From Kondoa subrosea (Eukaryota): a stretch of 64,000 nucleotides of DNA. The notes below the pieces were generated by a model, which saw nothing but the letters and a program-made list of their open reading frames with translations, made no database searches and had not been told where the DNA came from. Of this stretch, positions 1-10,533 are shown in pieces. Within the stretch, counting starts at the first letter, position 1; the number at the start of each line of letters is the position of its first letter. The stretch is taken from NCBI GenBank assembly GCA_039545335.1, contig BCIN01000005.1:62001-126000 (forward strand), written 5' to 3'. The position numbers and the translations under genes are program-made.

Positions 1-521
<521 letters not shown>

Positions 522-539
522 CATTTCATAAAGACTACT

Positions 540-2385
540 TTATGCTTCGATAGCTAATTGTACTTCCGACACGGGAGGGAAGCCAAACGTCGGTGCGGTT
601 CTCTGAAAGACTATCTGCCCTGTTGAATGCTGGATATACCCCTTCAAATATCCCTGTCCGGTTTTCGTCAGCCCTCAGTACGGCAAAAAGTACAGGTCTG
701 ATGCACAAAACGGACCTGATCTATCAAACTGACACACATGCATTCCACATCGTCCAGATCCAGACTCTCATCATCAAAAGCAATCAAAGCAGTCTTGAGC
801 AATAAATCCATCTTGAGAACAGGAGGACGTTTGGAATCAATTTGAGGACGATCGGTGATCCAAAGCCTGTACGATATACTCTTTCTGTAAGCGACAAATT
901 GCGCAAACAACGAAAAAGGCAATCGCACGTCTTTCTGATCAAGTTCCGCCAACAAATCACTTCCAGTTTCTCTCGCAACAAAAGATAGGTCCCTTTTGAG
1001 ATATGCCAATCTTGCCAATCATCTAAATGAGCTAACAGAGCTGCATAATTGCCTTCCTAATTCGAATCTACTATCAATTTTTTGTCTTCTTCAAGGAAGG
1101 AGAGACGACCGACCTTGAGATGAGAAATCAATGGAAAATATTGATGCTCCAATCCATACATTTGTAAGAGTTGCAAAGATGGGAAATTTCCTAGTGGTAG
1201 TGAAGCAGTAATCAGGTATATCAATATCAGTCTGATGTCCAGCTTTAGAAATGTTGATGACAATGCGAAGAAGGTTCAGACGAACCTTTTGTTCTTCCTG
1301 TGCGAGTTTGTACACATATTGAAAGCCAATGAAAGTTCTCCAACAGCCTGTACGTGCCTAAGTATACTGTGAGAGATCGGTAGAGCATCTTTGCTTACCT
1401 TTCGCAAACGACGCTGAAAGAGGTGTATTCTTCCCATATAATAAGCAAAGGCTACTCTATCCGCTTTCGGATAATCTTCAAGACTTGCTCCTGAGCTTCT
1501 GGTATTCGTAATGACCGTATCACAAAGACGAAGATTGTTGAGCTGCCAAAGATATCAGCGATCGTAGTTGATTAAGCAAGATTGGGGCTTACGTGGAAAT
1601 AGATCTTGAATGTCTCATTCGCCAAGAAGAGGATAGCTTCTCTTTTAGTTCCAGTCCTGAACACTTCCTTAGAGGGGATATATGCGCCTGAACAGCAGGT
1701 AGGCGTACCGATCTGGAGCTACCGTACTTAATGCTCGAGTGAGCGATCTTGCAGCATCAGTACATTTTGGTTGAGCCGGATCTTGAGAAAGTCCATCTGC
1801 CTGTTATCCCCATAGTTCTGTGTCACAAAGATGCTTGGAAGCGTGAATTAAGGACTGACTTGAAATGCTAGGCCAACAAGCCATTGAGTGAGATACCGCA
1901 GAGAAGGGATAAAGAAACCAGCTTCAGGAGATCTGGCCAATAATTGAATCGCTTGACTGAGATACCAAAGTAGATTAGATCCTGTCGTCGAAAGCATGAA
2001 ACTATAGCTAACCCATAAGCCGTCGCAAGTAGATCAAAGTTTGAATTGGCTTCTTGATAATCGTCTGTATCGGAAGCGGAAGAGTCTTTGCAGAAGAGTA
2101 AATAGGCGACAAGAAAGTTCGATAGCAGGTCATTCGAGGAAGTGAAAGCCAAACAACGTTTCTGAAGATCTTTCTTGTGCAAATGAGAGTTCTAATAGCA
2201 CATAACACCGAGTGCATCAGATTCATGGAAATCCAGCGCTCAAAGAGAGAAGAATAGCTTGCTTTCAGTGTAAGCTGCAAGTTGACGAAAGTTGTGGAGA
2301 AGGGAGCTAGGTATTGCGCGAGTCCAAGGGAATCATTCTGCTTGTAGGCTTGAGCTACAGCACTCAGGTACTGCTCTACAGACAT
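540..2385 (-). CDS. PCI-domain protein of the CSN12/THP1/PCID2 family, multi-exon
   Basis: MSVEQYLSAVAQAY start; internal YYMGRIHLFQRRLRK / AFNMCTNSHRKNKRLILIYLITASLPLGNFPSLQLL; C-terminal DDVECMCVSLIDQ..GYI winged-helix; stop at 540-542. Confidence 0.85.
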
Positions 2386-2487
2386 TTTGGCTGATTTCGG
2401 TCAACAAGCATGAAACATCTTGGAGTCTTTCTCGTCCAGCCGAGCCTAAATGTGTCCTCTGTCTGAGCTGCACGAGCACTCCGTACT

Positions 2488-3316
2488 ATGCAAAAATCTG
2501 TACCAAGGCGCGTGAACTCTACTTTACCTCGTTTGGCAGCTAGGAAGCCAACACCTTATAAGAAACCCGGGCGTATTGCTCTGCCAGCTTATACATGGCA
2601 TTCTCAGTCAAAGAAAATGGAGTTGGATTGGTCCAGAAACGCAGAACAAACTAATGACTTCTTAACTCGGAAACTGGCTCTGCATCCGCATGAGAAGCAC
2701 CTTGTTTGCTTGGTGAACTGGGAAACGTTTCAGTATAGACCAAGAGATAGAACTGCCATTATTGGTTTAGCGGGACCCGACTGGATCTCAGTAACGCGAG
2801 TTCTGGAAATGACAAAACTACCATCTCAGCTACAAAAAGTACTTTGATCCAATTCCTATGAGAAATGGGTCACCGAGTAAGTACTACATTCATGCGTTAT
2901 GTATCTTAGCTTCCCGACTGAGATTGCTTCCTTTGCTTTCATCACAGTCTAGAATTTGCAATGATCCTTCATGGAGACTTCAAGATGCCACAAACCACAA
3001 TATCGGCATGGTCAAGTTTGATCAATGAAGGTGCATCTTTCACTTCACGCTGATAAGTCTGTTCCGAGATGCTGATATGTCGACGATACAAGGCGCTGAG
3101 CAGTATATGACTCTTCCGAAAGATTGGAAATCACTCACTCCGCTCGCTGCTCGAGAGATGGGTAGACTGAGCGAATTGGCAGCTTTGACGGTACATTTGG
3201 AAAGGAAAGAACTCAGCTTGAGTCCTCAAAATTCCCATAGATGGGCGCTCAAATCTGAATGGGATAGCGATAGTCAGTCCTTCTTACATGTTTTAGAATT
3301 TCTGCGTGCTGAATAG
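2488..3316 (+). pseudogene. Degenerate 3'-5' exonuclease-fold (WRN-exo/RNase D-like) protein, paralog A, with one in-frame TGA at 2845-2847
   Basis: Aligns without gaps to the adjacent gene (TAIIGLAGPDWISVTRVLEMTKLPSQLQKVL*SNSYEKWVTD); downstream exons stay in frame through GT-AG introns (~2877-2947, ~3032-3092) to TAG 3316. Confidence 0.6.
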
Positions 3317-3690
3317 CTTTATGATGCAGTGAATGAAATAGCAAACGTAAGCACATAAAAAGCTTGCATCGAATCACGAAAGCTAATCTTTCTCTCGCAA
3401 AGATCTTATCAGCCAGTAGGAATCTATTGGATCACTTCAAGACTGCAATGACATACGGAACTACTCCCCGACCGTTCATCTTCTGACAGAATCAGCTTGA
3501 AAATGTACAATGTAATGTTTAGAGCATGTTTCGATCGTAGACACATAGCTAGTAGCAGAGGCCATGTGGTGCTTTCCCCTTTCCAGGCATCCCGACACCC
3601 GTTCGTCAATCATTACGTAATTTGCTTTTCAAGTTGTTGTCGTACGAGCGACTTTGATACCTCAGGAGCGTGTTTATACCGTGTCATTCC

Positions 3691-4624
3691 ATGCAGAGGA
3701 GTATACCTCGTGCTATAAAACACTCTGCCAATCTCAATGCAGCGCGTAAACCTACCCCTTACATCAGTCCCAAAAAAGCGCAATGGATCAGCAAACAAGA
3801 GGTTTACAAGCCTTATGATTGGAGAGAAATGGGTGCATTCGGTACTACTACGGCAGCGAACCGTATGATCCCTTTCCTTGGTCCTTCAACCTCAACACAA
3901 ATGGATTTCCAATGGCATGATACAACAAAAGATGCAAACGATTATCTGAAGAAGAAGTTTAGTAGAATGAAGGACGTTGAGAGATTGTTTCTTACATGTT
4001 ATGTGGATTGGGAAGTACCAGAATTTGGACCAAGAAGTGAGCATTCACACTCAAGCTCGAGAAGAAGGTTATGCACATTTTGATTCACTCGATACTAGTG
4101 AAAGCCAACATTATTGGTATCGCTGGAGCAGACTTTATCTCAGTCTCTCGTGTCTCAGTGATGTCTGAGTTCCCATCGGAGCTGAAAAAGATCTTGGTCA
4201 GCGAAAGTTATGTAAAGTGGATTATAGAGTAAGTTGCTCTCTGTCTCTGAATCTCAAGTCTCACTTCCGTGAAACTTATCCTTGTTTTTTTTTGTGCGAA
4301 AGTCTAGCATATGTGGGCGTCCTGGCTGAAGATTTTGGTTTCGCTTGGAATCCAAAGTCGAAATCCTGGCAAAACCTCCTCAAAACAGTTCCTCATCATC
4401 ATCCAAGACTACCAGCGGATTGGCAAACACCAAAAGACCCACTTAAAAGAGGGTATGGCGCTAAAGGAGCGCTGGCCTCCTTGGTCTATCATCTGCTCAA
4501 GAGGGATCTTGCATTGGCAAGTAGAAACTCGCACGATTGGAACGAAAGTGCAAGAGATCACGATAGTTCGTCTCTACTCTCCGCCGTACTTTTGAAGGAG
4601 TGCGCTGACTATCCTGTACGCTGA
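3691..4624 (+). CDS. Degenerate 3'-5' exonuclease-fold (WRN-exo/RNase D-like) protein, paralog B
   Basis: Spliced ORF MQRSIPR...AARKPTPY...CYVDWE...ANIIGIAGADFISVSRVSVMSEFPSELKKILVSESYVKWIIDLAYVGVLAEDFG...LASLVYHLLKRDL...SHDW; pattern resembles the WRN-exo core but lacks the ExoI DxE. Confidence 0.65.
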
Positions 4625-4839
4625 CCAGAGCATTTTGTCGCTAATGTAAGTCACAAAGCATTCCGTGGTAACTCCCTAAGTATATTCGTAGCTTTTATCG
4701 GCTTCAACATGCCTATTAAACAGAACAAGACCATTGATGGCGGAAGAAATCGCGATATCATACGCTAGAGATCATCAAATATCGCCGGAGAAGGCTCGGG
4801 AACTATTCAAAGATTTGACATGATTTACACTGGTCGTTA

Positions 4840-5635
4840 TTAGAGTGTGGATTGAGAGCAGACAGTAAGAAATGGTAAGGTGTGGATTGAGAGCAGGAAA
4901 TATCCTCCATGTATTGCATTACATAAGATAGTCAATAGATATAATACCACGGCCGGACAAAGTGATACTATCTCTACCCAATACAGTAATTTGTATATCA
5001 CTCCCTGCGTAAATCTCAAGCGATGGAGACCCAACAAACTGAATAATTTGAAAACCCCTTTGCGCCGCCAAGCGACTCTGAAGACAACAATAGCCAGACA
5101 CGAACTGAGAGGAAATCGTCCAATTCCGACAATACTCTGTAGCAGTGGCGAGGGTATAGCTGTGAGAACGTTATCTAGCTTGATCAAGGCGATAATTATA
5201 TTATGATCTGCTAAGTGGTAAGTAAAGTCAGCTATCTGTTGCGGAGAGTGACGATCATGTCAATCAAAATGGAATTTGGCGAGCGGACGGCAGGAAACGG
5301 TCCCATAACTACTTCCTCAGCGCAACAATGTCAAAAGCAAATATGCAAAACTCACAAGGATCAGCAAAGCTGAAAGGCCATGATCAATAGAGATTGTGAA
5401 AGATCTGACGCAGCGCCCAGTCTTTGACTTCTCGCTCGAAAACTTGCAGGTAATATAAAGTAGCAAAGGCAGAATTCCAGTGTTCCTGTGCACATGCGTA
5501 ACAGAAACCTGGCAGCGCCACAACGCTGAGTATCATATCTGGGAAAAGGGCAGAACAAGACAATCAGCGCAGTTTTATCGATTGCTGTTGTGACAATTTC
5601 AAAATCTCCTGTTGACTGAATTCAAATGGCTTTGA
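4840..5635 (-). other. Possible orphan or decayed membrane-protein gene
   Basis: Hydrophobic ORF segments (5317-5523, 4840-5187) separated by an intron-like GTGAGT..CAG; no clean start found; boundaries approximate. Confidence 0.3.
4845..4896. repeat. 17-bp direct repeat GTGTGGATTGAGAGCAG x2 with 18-bp spacer
   Basis: Identical copies at 4845-4861 and 4880-4896. Confidence 0.9.
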
Positions 5636-6346
5636 GGAACAAAACTCATTTGGTCTGAGCGTTTCGATTAGCGCGCTAGGCATTCCTGCGAGATAAAGCG
5701 TATTGTGCTAGCGGAGAGAAAATGCAAGAATGTCTTTGTATGCGCAGTCATGTCAAATAGATGTAGACTGGCCGCGTACGTGCGACCGTCGACAGAGGAA
5801 GATCTGTCCATGAACAGAACTAGACAGCGAGATTCGAGAACCACAAGCATACATCGAGAGCTCAAGGCCGACGCCATGTACAGTTCATGTGCAGGCAGTA
5901 CACTTGCAGAGAGAGTACTAAATCATCTGCCCGTGATGACGGAAGCTCGCAGTCTAGAAATCTGGGATGAGTCGGAAGAATCGTAGGCACTTGCATAAGG
6001 CATGAAAAGCAAAGCGCACGCATGCTGGCATTGAAGATGGACATGCAGGAGCAGCGTCATAGCCCTTCGACCATCGGAATAGTTATGACATGGCTGCTTA
6101 CTCCAACTACTCTGAGTTACGGTAGATTGTAACGAGCAAACAGATGAAACCCGAGTGCCACGAGCCATTAAAGGCGTTCGCAAACACAGAGAAGAGGAGT
6201 CTTATATAGTACATTCACACTTATGAGATAACCAAAAAAGAGCATTTCCCCAATCAAGTACGAGCTGAGGAGAATCTCCGTCATGTCCTTTTTGTACTGA
6301 GCGATCCCGATACAACAATGCAAAAGCTCTTGAACACGATCCACAA

Positions 6347-8631
6347 TTAAGCGTTCACTGTGATTCGGGACTTCAAACAGAGTTCAACAAAACACCGATG
6401 AAGTCAACTCACTGTAAGTGCTTGAGTCGATCTTCTCTGGCAGATCAGGAATAGCGACTTCGAAACGAGATTGTATCTCCTTGAGGACAACTTCATCTGC
6501 GTCTGAGGTGACGAAGGTGATAGCGAGACCCTTGGTACCGAATCGACCAGCACGACCTACTCTGTGAAGGTAGGAAGGCGCATCGCTGGAGCAATCGTAG
6601 CTTCGCAAATAATTTTTAGACTTGTTCCTCGAATGAAGGCACTAAGTATAGCTCACTTGATGACAATGTTGACACGTTCCTGTGGGTAATACTGAGCATC
6701 CATCTGAATTGGAAAGGTCCTGAAATTACTCACGACATCGATACCACGACCGAAGATATCAGTAGCAACCAAGATGCGCTTTTCGAAATCCTTGAACTGC
6801 TTATAGCGCTTGATACGCTCTTCTTGACCAAGACCAGAGTGGATAGAGATACTCGGGAAGGAGCACTCGGTCAATAGCTTGTCCAAGGCGATTGCTCGCT
6901 GAACTGAGCGAACAAAGATGACAACCTGCAAACACGAAGATAGACTCAGCATTCACGATGACCAGATCATCCAGTATAATAACCTGATTGAATTCTAACT
7001 CGTCAAGCAAGTCATTCAGCTTGCGATTCTTGGCGGTTTCTTCTAACTTGACGTAATGCTGCTGAAGACCGTGCAGTGTGAGCTTGGTCTCGTCATCGAC
7101 GTAGATCTCGAGAGGCTATTCGGCCAAACTTGAGTTAGCATTACATATTGCAAACAGAACTATATAGCGAACATTTTGCATGAATTTCTTGCAGGTTGGG
7201 CGAATTTCTTTGCTCAGAGTAGCGCTGAACATCATGACTTGTTTGGTTCTAGGTGTAGCTCTGAAGATTTCTTGAACATCGCGGCGCATGTCTGTAGATT
7301 ACAAGTAAAAATTTAAAGTAAGCGATCTTGTTCTTCAAAAAGCGTTCATTCAACAACCAATGGGCGCATCTATAAAGAGAAGAGGAAAGAAGAGAAGAAG
7401 CACAAATTCAGCTTGAAGTAACCCATTGAAAGGTCGAACTGGCTGTGATAGTCGTGTCGAAGGTGCCGAAGTCGAGCAATATCGTTCATGTACCAGTCGT
7501 CCTCGTTTCTCCTCCCCGTACCTCGCCCATTCTGTCGACAATCGCAACAGAATACGACCAAAAGGATTCAAGCCGTCAATATTTCGCTGATGATTGATTA
7601 GCTGTACTTATGTGTATGAAAATCGTTCTCATGCTGATCTTCAGACCCCACAGCTGCCGGAAAGCTGTAACGAGCCCAAAATCTTCCCAAGCCATTCCAG
7701 ACGGAATCAATCAAAAGGGAAAGTGAAGAGGGAAGGGTAAAGAAGATGGATGCGCCCATTGGTTTGTTTGCGAGAATTCCAAAAGTGGATGATGACTAAC
7801 CAACTGATTCAAGCATTTTGTCGCATTCGTCCAAAACAAAGTTTTTGACAGTCTTAGCTTGTAAAACCTTTTCTCGGATGAGGGCGTTGAGACGACCAGG
7901 TGTAGCAACGATGACGTGAGGGCACTTGTCTTTCGACTTGAGCATATCACGGTCGGAAGCGATGGGCGTTCCACCATAGAAGACTGCGGTGCGAACATCA
8001 GGCATATATTTGCTGAATCGAGCATATTCATTCTTGATCTGGTAAGCCAATTCGCGAGTGTGGCACAGTACGATGACTGCTACTTCGCCAGCGATGGGCT
8101 CAATTTGCTGAAGGGTAGCGCAGACGAAAACGGCGGTTTTACCTGATTGTGCCACGTTTTTAGCATACATTCCTTGAATTTGAGTAAAAGCAAAGACTGA
8201 CCCATTCCTGATTTAGCCTGGCAAAGCACATCCATACCCAAGATAGCTTGAGGAATGCATTCTTGTTGGACTGTACGGACAAGAGAGCACTATATAAGCT
8301 CCAGATCGCTTATAGTGCCTGCAATACGCACCTTCTGAAGGATGTTCGAAACCTAAATCCGAGATAGCTCTCAACAATTCAGGCTTGAGCAAGAAATCTC
8401 TGAAGCCGGTCTAGATAAAGGGAAGAAACGCCGCAAAAATGGTAAGACTTGGTTCTCGTCTTGCTCGTGTGGACCACAGCGTACAGAGTGAATGCCGACG
8501 TAAGAACCTTTCTGGTCTTTGGATTCAGCGACGGCAGCAGTTTTAGCTGTTCCATTGGTTGAAGGGGCTGCGGCTGTTGTCGTGAGGTCGTCTTCCTCGT
8601 AATCAATGAGATCTTCATTTTCAGCGCTCAT
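6347..8631 (-). CDS. SUB2: DECD-box RNA helicase SUB2/UAP56 (DDX39B), multi-exon
   Basis: [81 protein letters not shown]; ends STYMNA* (stop 6347-6349). Confidence 0.98.
7292..7800 (-). promoter_or_regulatory. 509-nt structured intron of SUB2 with 16-bp long-range stem, decoy 3' splice site and candidate poison exon
   Basis: Donor GTTAGT at 7800 and acceptor TACAG at 7292 join [13 protein letters not shown]; arms at 7749-7764 and 7355-7370 are exact reverse complements. Confidence 0.8.
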
Positions 8632-8771
8632 ATTGTGTTATAGGGGTAGTAGGCGAGTATAAGAAGGGCACAACAGAGGTCGAAGGCTTCGTTGGAGGAA
8701 GACTTCGAAGAAGAGAGAGAGAGACAAGAGTCCGGCTCGGACCGCTTCATGCTCACTCAGCTCTACAAATC

Positions 8772-10465
8772 TCAGCGAAGCACAGATGCATGTACAGCTA
8801 CTCCATCGTTCCCTCCGACTTCATTAGAGTATAGCCGTGTCCCAAACGAAGAAACGCAGAATCTCCCTTTGTAATCGACATCTGAAAAAGAACGTGAGCT
8901 ATTCCGTTGCAGAAGAGAGGTAGAACACACGGAGTGATGATATGGGACCAGAGTGAGCAACAGTTGCGATCCGATAAGGCAAATTCTTCGATTCTTCAGC
9001 TTCCAAATCCCAAACTCTGATTACATCGCTTGACCCGCAAGCTAGATGTCTTTTATCTGGCATCATCGCTAAGGCTGTTACTGGACCAGACGCAGAAGGT
9101 AACCGTAAGGTTCGAGATTTCAGCGTTCTCAGGTCATAGACATCTACTGAAGCGTTTCTTCGACCGATAAGCACTTGCTGTCCATCGGTCGACCATATCG
9201 CCTGTACCGATTCAGTAATATCCAAGTCTCGCGTATACAAACGTACACTCAGAGCCCATGGCGGCGTTTTCTCGTCCCTTGTCAGCTCGCATGCTTCTTT
9301 CCCAGCAGATCTTCTATCCCACAACAAGGCTTGACCATTCACACAAGTACCAAGTAAAACATCGCTTGACATAGACTTGACTTTCTTATCTATCAGTTCC
9401 GTTTCTTTAGTTGCTGGTTTCGGTTTCAAAGCTTCTACTCCTTCTTCGCCTGATGATTTATCACCTTCGTCAAACAAGGGATCGTGATCCTCTCCCATAT
9501 CTTCGTCCATTGCTGATGAGTCACTTGTTGAAGGTCGAAAAGAGAGTAATGTGATTTGATGAGTCGCCCCATCAAATGTCCGGGCGCATTGTCCAGTATT
9601 GAGATCCCATTGCTTCGATATACGTCATCAAATCTGACTGCATCGACCAAAGGATCAAGGTATAAGCTTACAAGTACTTTCTTGTCCCATCCGCCTGAAC
9701 AGAAACTTGTTTCATCCCAATCAAGAGCCAGAGCAGAAACAGGTTGATCGACCTTATGAGCCGTATTTGAGTCTTTTGCAGGTCGGAAAGTATGCCTGAT
9801 ATGTCCTTCGTCCAGTCGGACAGTAAACAGATTGATTGATCCGTTCTAGCATTCGAATGTCAATCATTCGGCGTCTTCTTTTCATGATAGAGACCTACTT
9901 CCGATCCACTCAAACCCCAAAGTTCTTCTGCTTGTAAAGCAAGAGAATGAACAGCGAAATTGCCAGTCTTTTGTAAATGTTCACCAACAGGTCTTGGACC
10001 GAATCTAGCTTTCGTTATCGAATCTTTGGCTGGTATTGTACCAGGTAGATCTTCTGGATCCACATTCTCCCAGTATGAGAAAAGAACGGGATTGGGCGAG
10101 CTTTGTACGTAGGTTGCTGGTTGTGGTAGAAGATTGTTTGCATGATTTGTACCGTTTAAGGAGTCAATGAGTGCATACCGACGAATGTATCCATCTTGTG
10201 AGCCAGTATAGAGATGTCCAGAATCCCGAGACAAGATTGAAGCGTTGACTGAAACTCCATGCGGCAGAGAAAGAACAGGTTCAAAGAGATACGAGGGAGG
10301 AGAAGAAGAAGGAGAAAGAGACGGAAAGTCCGAAAGCTTGCGTCGCTTAGCTACTGCTTCAGGGTATGGAAGGGAATCGAAACTAGTATTGTTTGCTTGA
10401 GCTGCATCAGCGACTGAGGCATCGTCATTGGCTGGAGAAGGGCCAGATGCGGGCGTAGCAGACAT
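8772..10465 (-). CDS. SPT8: WD40 protein, SAGA subunit SPT8-like
   Basis: LYTGSQDGYIRRY, YWEN, VHSLALQAEELWGLSGSE, acidic linker, LLWDRR, TPPWALS, IGRRNASVDVYDLR..LRLPSASGPVT..GSSDVIRVWD. Confidence 0.85.
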
Positions 10466-10533
10466 CCAACAACGCGAAGCAGGGTATCTGAAGCAGTGCT
10501 GCCGACCTGGTCAAGAGCAAGAGTGCCATTGAA

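Noticed and set aside
2845..2847. TGA as selenocysteine or a reassigned codon
   Set aside because: It aligns to Val rather than Cys in the paralog, many genes here terminate at TGA, and no SECIS-like element was evident.
7350..7571. ORFs 7350-7571 and 7370-7561 as a nested protein gene in the SUB2 intron
   Set aside because: They have non-ATG starts and no domain features, and the region is better explained by splice signals and RNA structure.
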